A stretch of DNA of 40,702 nucleotides, from the IMG/VR virus record IMGVR_UViG_3300017644_000058, positions 1 through 40,702 of that record. One strand, given 5' to 3'. Positions within the stretch are counted from its first letter, which is position 1. Every line of letters begins with the position of its first letter. Under the pieces are notes generated by a model. That model had not been told where the DNA came from. It made no database searches and was given only the letters and a program-made list of their open reading frames with translations. Below are positions 34,490 to 40,702 of this stretch, one piece after another. The stretch is from a virus. Taxonomy: Duplodnaviria; Caudoviricetes. Position numbers and translations under genes: made by a program.

Positions 34490-37400
34490 TCGGCAGACAG
34501 CTCAAAGCTGCCATCGTCTAGTCGTGAACTTGTGAATGCGTTCAACATCATGCCAAGTCGTCCGGGATCAGTGACGAGCAGGTAATGCCAGACTCCGAAC
34601 TGACCGAGTCGCGTCACCGCGGCAGCCCATCGTTCCGCCGCCTTCGCCTTTACGTCTGCACTGTCAGACACCTGGCCCTTGACCTCTATAATGAGGTTTT
34701 GGTCGCTGTCGGTGACAGCGATGAAATCGGGAACGTATTTGGCCGGCAATCCGCGGCTACGATACGGGATGAAGAATCCGAGCCGGTCGTTTTTGACCCA
34801 TCGTTTCACGCCGGGGTGCGTGTCGAGAAGAAAGGCCGCGCTCTGCTCCCATTTCTGCGTGTCGGCCACCATCGCGTTCAGGTGGCAATGATTTACAGGA
34901 TAGATCGGCTTGGTCGTGTGGAAATCGACATAAAGAGTACTGCCGCGCCCGGCCGCGCCCTGCGGGATGATGGCCACCTCGGCGTCGGTTGTTGAGGCGC
35001 CCTTCTTGATGGCGTCCAGCAGCGCGCCTACGGACGCCTGCATGTATTCGCCGACCAGCAGCACGTCGCAAGGTTGGCTGTCTCCCTTCCTTTCCAGTTT
35101 CTCGGCAAGGAATCGTTTCGCGGCGAAGGCGACGCGCGGAAACAATTGCTGAACCGGCACGGCTGCCGCGCCGTTGTCGGCCTGCCAACGCACACAAATT
35201 TCCCGCGCAAGCCGGAACGCGACTTGCTGATCACGGAACAGGGCGCGCCAGTCTTTAAGAGACAGGACTGGCTTCTCCCCAGGCCCATAGGCTGCAAGCG
35301 TCCCATCAGGCGTCGTCAGCGGGGTCAATTCGACCAGCTGCGGAATGCGCATGGGGTCGATGGTGACTTTCGCCACTTGATCCCAATCGACCGATACTTC
35401 GAGGCTGCCGGCCTGATAGTAGCCAGTCACGATGGGGAAGGTTATTTCGTAGTGCGCCTTCTCCGGTACCGAATAAATATGGTTCGGGTCCGGCTGCGGT
35501 GGCTGTGGGCCTGCGGGCGCAACCTTGAACGGGATCAACTCGAACGGCACGCCGAAGACCTTGGCGGTCTCCTCGGCGAACATCTGCGTCTCCTCATTGA
35601 GAGCGTAGCTCTTCCGGCGCAGCGCTCGGCCAACGACCTGCTCGCACAGCAATTGCGAGCCAAACGGTCGTAGGCCAACAATGTGCGTTACGGTGTTGGC
35701 GTCCCAGCCTTCAGCCAGCATGGCGACGGATACGATGCAGCGCACGTCCCGGCCGGGCGGAACGCGCTCGTCGATCCACTTTAGCGAGCCATCATTGTCG
35801 TCGCTCGCCGCCTTCTCGTTGTGCTTGCGCACGAGCTCAACCCATTCCTCCGGCACTTTTCCGCCGGGCCATTCCGCCTTTCCGACAGTATCGAGGATAA
35901 AGCGCAGGCGCCGCGTTTCATCCTTGGTGCCACCTGCCTCGATATCCTCGATGACCTTGGAGTCGATGCGCACAGTCACTTCCTGGCCAGGCGTATTTCG
36001 GAACCACGGTGGCGAGACGCCATAGCTGTCATTGCCGTTGGCGAGCCAGGAATGCACCTCCCGCGCGACCGCCGTATCGCGACAGACGACGATGAAGACC
36101 GGCGGAACGGGGTGGCGCTGCTGTTGCCTGGAATACTGCTCCCACTCTACGAACCGCTGGTGCCATTCGGCCGCAAGAAGGTTGATGGGCGCGCTCGCGT
36201 AGTTCATCACGATCTCGGGCGTGATGTTGGTCCCGTAACCGTCTTCCTTCGCTTTTGCCTGCACCCACCGCCAGATATTGAAATAGGCCGCTTCCTCCGC
36301 GCCGGTTACGTCGCGGGCAGGTAGCTGCGGAATCTTCACGAGGCCGGATTCGATGGCGTCTAGCAGACCGAAGTCAGACACAATCCACGGAAACGGCTTG
36401 CCGACTTCGTTGCCGGAACCCTGAATGTAGAAAGGCGTCGCCGAGAGATCGACGCACAGGTGGATGCCGCGTCGCCGACTGCCCCCAGCAAGCTTGTTGA
36501 TACGGTCAAGCCCTTCGATCCAGATCGTCGCTTCGCGATCGTTCTTGCTTGCGAGGTCTTTGTCCTCGTCGAGCGATTGTTCGTCTGTCGCAACGTCGCC
36601 GCGGCGATAGGCGTGGTGCGCCTCATCGTTGAAGATCAGCCAGTGTGGGCTGCGACCTTTGCCGCTGCCAAGTTCGCGACGGATGCGCTTGAACCATGCG
36701 GCGTCGGACTCGAAATATTTCGTCTCGACGGTCTCGTTGGCCTTGCCGGCGTTCTTCACGACTTCAACCGGCTCGCCGGTCTTCACGACCTTGGCGGTGT
36801 CGCCGTTGACGCTATTGGTCTCCTTCTTGGCGAGGCGATGCCAATTGGCGATCATCACCTCGCCGCGCCGCAAGTCCTCCATCCGGTGGACAGGGACCAA
36901 CTGCCGGGTTCTGTATAGCGAGAGATCCCCGAGGGCGGGGTCCAGTTCCTGCAAGCGCTCCCGAATTGTGACGTTCGGGCAGACGATCAGGACCGTATCA
37001 GAAAAGCGGTCGTCGCGCGGCGACGCCACGCTGTTGAGGATGGACCAGCCGGCGAGCATTCCCATGACGGTGGTCTTGCCGGAGCCGGTCGCCATCTTGC
37101 AGGCGTAGCGAACGAAAGCACGGATGCCGGCCGCCTTCGATTCCAGGCCGGGTTCATCTTTCGGAATCTCGGGCAGACCCTTGCGGTAAATGTCCGCGGC
37201 TTCTGTGAGGAAGATGATCGTTTCGGCCGCTTCTATCTGCGCGAAAAAAAGCCGCTGCATGCGGTCGCTGCTGCGCCAGAGTTCCAGAAGCTCCTTTGTG
37301 ATCGGCGACGCGCCGTCATAGGCGACGCTGCCGGAACGGGTCCCGTCGCGCCATTCCCTCACGCGCTCGCGGATGAGGTTGACGATCTCAAGTTCGACTT

Positions 37401-37641
37401 CCTCGCCCTTGGCGTCGTCAAACAGCTCGGCCTGCTGCTTCTTTTTTCGGCCGCGCCCGGCGTGTTCAGGCACGCGATAGAAATAGCTGGCGCGGCGTCG
37501 ACCCTCGGCCTTGACGGGCGGCTTTCCGCGCTCGATGACCCAATGATAGGCCGGCTCGCGGAACGGGGAATTGATGATCGGCGAGTCAACCTCGGCGACC
37601 GTGACCGGCGGCTCCTGCGGCTTGGAGGCGGCGGGCATCAC
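34486..37641 (-). CDS. Type III-like restriction subunit (Res; SF2 helicase + nuclease)
   Basis: KMATGSGKT, FNDEAHH, LSATP, MLAEGWD; C-terminal YVPDF...IIEVKG. Confidence 0.9.
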   Translation of the reverse strand: MMPAASKPQEPPVTVAEVDSPIINSPFREPAYHWVIERGKPPVKAEGRRRASYFYRVPEHAGRGRKKKQQAELFDDAKGEEVELEIVNLIRERVREWRDGTRSGSVAYDGASPITKELLELWRSSDRMQRLFFAQIEAAETIIFLTEAADIYRKGLPEIPKDEPGLESKAAGIRAFVRYACKMATGSGKTTVMGMLAGWSILNSVASPRDDRFSDTVLIVCPNVTIRERLQELDPALGDLSLYRTRQLVPVHRMEDLRRGEVMIANWHRLAKKETNSVNGDTAKVVKTGEPVEVVKNAGKANETVETKYFESDAAWFKRIRRELGSGKGRSPHWLIFNDEAHHAYRRGDVATDEQSLDEDKDLASKNDREATIWIEGLDRINKLAGGSRRRGIHLCVDLSATPFYIQGSGNEVGKPFPWIVSDFGLLDAIESGLVKIPQLPARDVTGAEEAAYFNIWRWVQAKAKEDGYGTNITPEIVMNYASAPINLLAAEWHQRFVEWEQYSRQQQRHPVPPVFIVVCRDTAVAREVHSWLANGNDSYGVSPPWFRNTPGQEVTVRIDSKVIEDIEAGGTKDETRRLRFILDTVGKAEWPGGKVPEEWVELVRKHNEKAASDDNDGSLKWIDERVPPGRDVRCIVSVAMLAEGWDANTVTHIVGLRPFGSQLLCEQVVGRALRRKSYALNEETQMFAEETAKVFGVPFELIPFKVAPAGPQPPQPDPNHIYSVPEKAHYEITFPIVTGYYQAGSLEVSVDWDQVAKVTIDPMRIPQLVELTPLTTPDGTLAAYGPGEKPVLSLKDWRALFRDQQVAFRLAREICVRWQADNGAAAVPVQQLFPRVAFAAKRFLAEKLERKGDSQPCDVLLVGEYMQASVGALLDAIKKGASTTDAEVAIIPQGAAGRGSTLYVDFHTTKPIYPVNHCHLNAMVADTQKWEQSAAFLLDTHPGVKRWVKNDRLGFFIPYRSRGLPAKYVPDFIAVTDSDQNLIIEVKGQVSDSADVKAKAAERWAAAVTRLGQFGVWHYLLVTDPGRLGMMLNAFTSSRLDDGSFELSAD

Positions 37642-40340
37642 CGGCCTCCTTCCACGCTCTTGACGACCATCAACTCATTGCCGCGCTCGTCTATAGCCTT
37701 CACGGCTATGCGCTTCTTATCGCCAAGCACGAAGGGTTCACTGACCGTGCCAGCCAGGTGCTCCCAAACGCTGTCGCTGAATCGGCCTTTCAGGGATTTT
37801 TGAAGGTTGTCCCACGCGCTGGTCTTGGGAAAGAACACTTGCGTCGCCATGAACACCATGCCGTTATAATTGCTGTCGAGCATCCAGCACGGCAGGTTCT
37901 CGGCGGCGACTTCCTCCGTCTCCATCGTGTCGGGCCGGAAAATGTCAAGGCCCTTAACGACGACGCGATGGAGCGGCGTTCCATCTTTTGCCTTCCCCGC
38001 CGGTTCAATTGCTACATCGGGCAGGCCGGTGATTGAGAAGATCTCGCTAGTTCTGGCGGTCTTCAGTAGATCGGACATAACGACGTCCGGCGTGACCGAA
38101 ACGTAGGTCATCGGCACCTTGAGACGGCCGAGCATTTCGCGTGCTTTTGGGTCGATCGCGAAGCCGAATATAAAAAGCTGTTGGAAGCCCTGCTGCAGCG
38201 CTTCTGTATGGGCGTCGTAGACGTACTGCGACCCAATGGCACCGCCCTCAGGACCGAACACGAAGGCGATGCGCTTATCGGCCCCATTCTTTGCCACGCC
38301 TTCGGCGTGAAGATATTCGCGGTCCGCGAGCGGCGCGATAGTTTCCAGTTGCAGCGTCACGTTGCCGGGCAACTGCAATGTCTTGCTCTGCCGCAGCACC
38401 TCGATCATGCGATCGAGATGAGCCCGGGGACTATTCGCCGCCGCTTGTGGCGTTTGCTGGCCGGAGCTTTCCTGTAGACTCAGCGCGGCCTGGATGGTCG
38501 CCTCAACCGTGAACCGCCCGCACACCCTTAGAACATTTCTGTTCAACTCAGGACGGTCCACCACGGTAACAACCTCTGGCTCTTCGTTGTTAGCTATGGA
38601 TTTAAGTGTGATCTTAGGGATAAGGCCTCCGATTTCTTCTCCCTTCTTATTTCGCTTGCGCTCATAGATGAAACCGCCCGCTGGCCCTTTCGAAGGCTCT
38701 TTCAGACGATACCAAGGGAACGTGCTTGTCAGGAGTCGCTGACGTGCAAGTGCGATAGGAACCCGAGAAGTGTCGCACGTTATCCAGCGGCGCCCCCATT
38801 GCTCGGCAACAACGGCAGTTGTGCCGGAGCCGCACGTAATGTCCATGACCAAATCTCCAGGGATTGTAGTCATGAGAATGCAGCGTTGGATGACCTTTGG
38901 GTTCGTTTGCACGACGTACAACTTGTCGGATGCAAACCCCGCAATACCCGTATCCATCCAACTGTTCGTGACGGGGACGAGCGGATTGTCATCGAGATAT
39001 CGAACATAGCCGATGTTGCGGCCGGCCTTCTCCACACGGCGGGCTTTTACAAGCCGCTCCATGCCAACCGGATAGTTAGCTTTCCAATGATTATTGGGGT
39101 TCGGTCGGAAGGTCTCGCCGTTGAAAACAAACGGCGTATCCTCGCGGGCGGCCCCTGAGCTTTGAAGGTCACCCAAACGGTAGATACGGGCACCGGGCGG
39201 TATGGGATCACTCCCATCGCGCTCTCCGCTGGTCATGGCCCTCCGTGTACCGTCACTTAGTTCAAGGTACTTGTAGGCGTCATCGCCTGTTTCCTTGTTC
39301 GCCTTGTCGAGAAAAAGCGGATTGTACGTTAGCGTGCCCTTATCCTTCGCGTACCAGAGAAGATAGTCGCCGACCCGGCTGATTGAGCCGGTCGCAAAAC
39401 CGCTGGTCGTGGCGAAATAGATCTGGGAGACGAAATTCTCTGAGCTGAAGACCTCGTCAAGAACCTCGCGAACGTGGTGAACGTTGTCCTCGGAAATCTG
39501 GACAAAAATCGATCCGGATGGGGTCAGAAGTTCTTTCGCGAAGGAGAGCCGATCGCGCAGATAAGTCAGATAGGAGTGAAGGCCCAGTTCCCACGTATCA
39601 CGATACGCCTTTACCATCTCCGGCTCGCGGATCATGGCGTCGTCTTTGCCGTGCGACACGTCGCGCTTGCGGACGAAGGGCTGGAAGTTCGATCCGAATT
39701 TCACGCCATAAGGCGGATCGAAATAGACCATCTGCACCTGGCCGCCCATCCCTTCGTATTCGAGCAGGGAGTTCATAACCTGCAACGAGTCGCCGAGGAT
39801 CAGGCGGTTGGTCCACGGCCCCTTGTGCTCGTAGGCGTCGAGCTTGTCGGCCACATCAAGGTTGGTGTCGCCGAACAGATCGAGATTGGTGCCAAGGGCT
39901 TTGTGGGATTTCAGGGTTTCGAGGATGGCCTCGGTGGAATGGCGTTCGTGGATGAACAGTGGCAGCGTCGGCACCGCGATCTGCTGGCGCTCGGCCTTGC
40001 CGGCCCAGGTGAGGAAAGGCTTGGTAAGGCTGCGTAGCCGGGCGACGCATTGCGAGAGCGAGGCAAAACTCTCGCCATTGCCTTTCCACACCTGCGGGAC
40101 GGCGAAGACCTTGGCTTCGCCCTTCTCGGCTGCGTCGGCGACAAGCGCCAACAACCACTCAGCGAAAGCCCGATCGGCACCCTCATCCCACGACAGCTCG
40201 GGCGCGAGGCTAGAATCGTAACGGTAGGTTTTGGGCGCCTTCTTCGTGCTGAACTGCGCTTCGATACCTGCATCAGGGCGCTGCACCATCTCCTGTTCGT
40301 GCTTGTAAACCGATGTTCCCAGCCCAGTGTCTTGCGCCAT
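37638..40340 (-). CDS. Type III-like N6-adenine DNA methyltransferase (Mod)
   Basis: NRLILGDSL, FDPPYG (motif IV) before MDITCGSGTT (motif I), i.e. beta order; GTGA overlap with Res. Confidence 0.9.
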   Translation of the reverse strand: MAQDTGLGTSVYKHEQEMVQRPDAGIEAQFSTKKAPKTYRYDSSLAPELSWDEGADRAFAEWLLALVADAAEKGEAKVFAVPQVWKGNGESFASLSQCVARLRSLTKPFLTWAGKAERQQIAVPTLPLFIHERHSTEAILETLKSHKALGTNLDLFGDTNLDVADKLDAYEHKGPWTNRLILGDSLQVMNSLLEYEGMGGQVQMVYFDPPYGVKFGSNFQPFVRKRDVSHGKDDAMIREPEMVKAYRDTWELGLHSYLTYLRDRLSFAKELLTPSGSIFVQISEDNVHHVREVLDEVFSSENFVSQIYFATTSGFATGSISRVGDYLLWYAKDKGTLTYNPLFLDKANKETGDDAYKYLELSDGTRRAMTSGERDGSDPIPPGARIYRLGDLQSSGAAREDTPFVFNGETFRPNPNNHWKANYPVGMERLVKARRVEKAGRNIGYVRYLDDNPLVPVTNSWMDTGIAGFASDKLYVVQTNPKVIQRCILMTTIPGDLVMDITCGSGTTAVVAEQWGRRWITCDTSRVPIALARQRLLTSTFPWYRLKEPSKGPAGGFIYERKRNKKGEEIGGLIPKITLKSIANNEEPEVVTVVDRPELNRNVLRVCGRFTVEATIQAALSLQESSGQQTPQAAANSPRAHLDRMIEVLRQSKTLQLPGNVTLQLETIAPLADREYLHAEGVAKNGADKRIAFVFGPEGGAIGSQYVYDAHTEALQQGFQQLFIFGFAIDPKAREMLGRLKVPMTYVSVTPDVVMSDLLKTARTSEIFSITGLPDVAIEPAGKAKDGTPLHRVVVKGLDIFRPDTMETEEVAAENLPCWMLDSNYNGMVFMATQVFFPKTSAWDNLQKSLKGRFSDSVWEHLAGTVSEPFVLGDKKRIAVKAIDERGNELMVVKSVEGGR

Positions 40341-40488
40341 CTGATTTGCCTTGCCTACTGCTCTTGGGTTCCGGCGCCGCGGCCCCGCGGACCATGCGCG
40401 CTGCTGCGGAATCGCTGCTCAATTTAGCAGCGGCGACAGGAATCGCAGTTCCGAAATCCCAGATTGGGGAGGTATTGGCGAGTTGACA

Positions 40489-40524
40489 AACAAACGCCCC
40501 GGACTTGCATCCGGGGCGTTTGTT
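40489..40524 (-). terminator. Intrinsic terminator downstream of tRNA-fMet
   Basis: Perfect 15-bp stem AACAAACGCCCCGGA/TCCGGGGCGTTTGTT with a 6-nt loop and U-rich 3' side on the minus strand; a second hairpin CCCCTTGA-GGGA-TCAAGGGG lies at 40528-40547. Confidence 0.7.
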
Positions 40525-40551
40525 CAACCCCTTGAGGGATCAAGGGGAATT

Positions 40552-40628
<77 letters not shown>

Positions 40629-40702
40629 GAAATCCGGGCCTCGGGCTTGGCCGCCCGCGGCGGGGCTTATGTAACAAGCGATCTCCGGATTGGAAAGAGC
40701 AC

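Larger units (their letters stand above)
1..40551. mobile_element. Temperate siphovirus prophage (lambda-like head, GTA-like tail tip) with defence cargo, probably inserted at tRNA-fMet
   Basis: Complete replication, packaging, head, tail and lysis modules. The integrase and left end are not in the window, so the right boundary is inferred. Confidence 0.8.

Overview
GC-rich alphaproteobacterial (Rhizobiales-like) temperate siphovirus prophage, nearly complete, ending at a host initiator tRNA-fMet gene (40552-40628, minus strand). From left to right: (1) a truncated leftward ImmA/IrrE-type metalloprotease preceded by a perfect alphaproteobacterial LexA box; (2) an early/replication operon (AlpA/Xis-like HTH, ACP-like small protein, PD-(D/E)XK exonuclease, probable ssDNA-binding protein, primase-helicase, RuvC-like resolvase, DUF6378- and DUF6362-like genes); (3) a lambda-like cos candidate; (4) a ParB / amino-methyltransferase / PLP-enzyme locus containing a complete initiator-tRNA-like cloverleaf inside protein-coding sequence; (5) lambda-type head genes; (6) a tail with a -1 frameshift chaperone and an RcGTA-like tail tip; (7) a lysis cassette; (8) a defence-like block (GHKL ATPase-nuclease plus type III-like Res/Mod). 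The most notable observations are the tRNA-fMet-like element embedded in the PLP-enzyme reading frame, the possible DNA hypermodification locus around it, a shared phased-repeat promoter architecture at 766-819 and 31559-31612, and a Ser-less ACP-like protein. Family assignments come from motif recognition by eye, not database searches.
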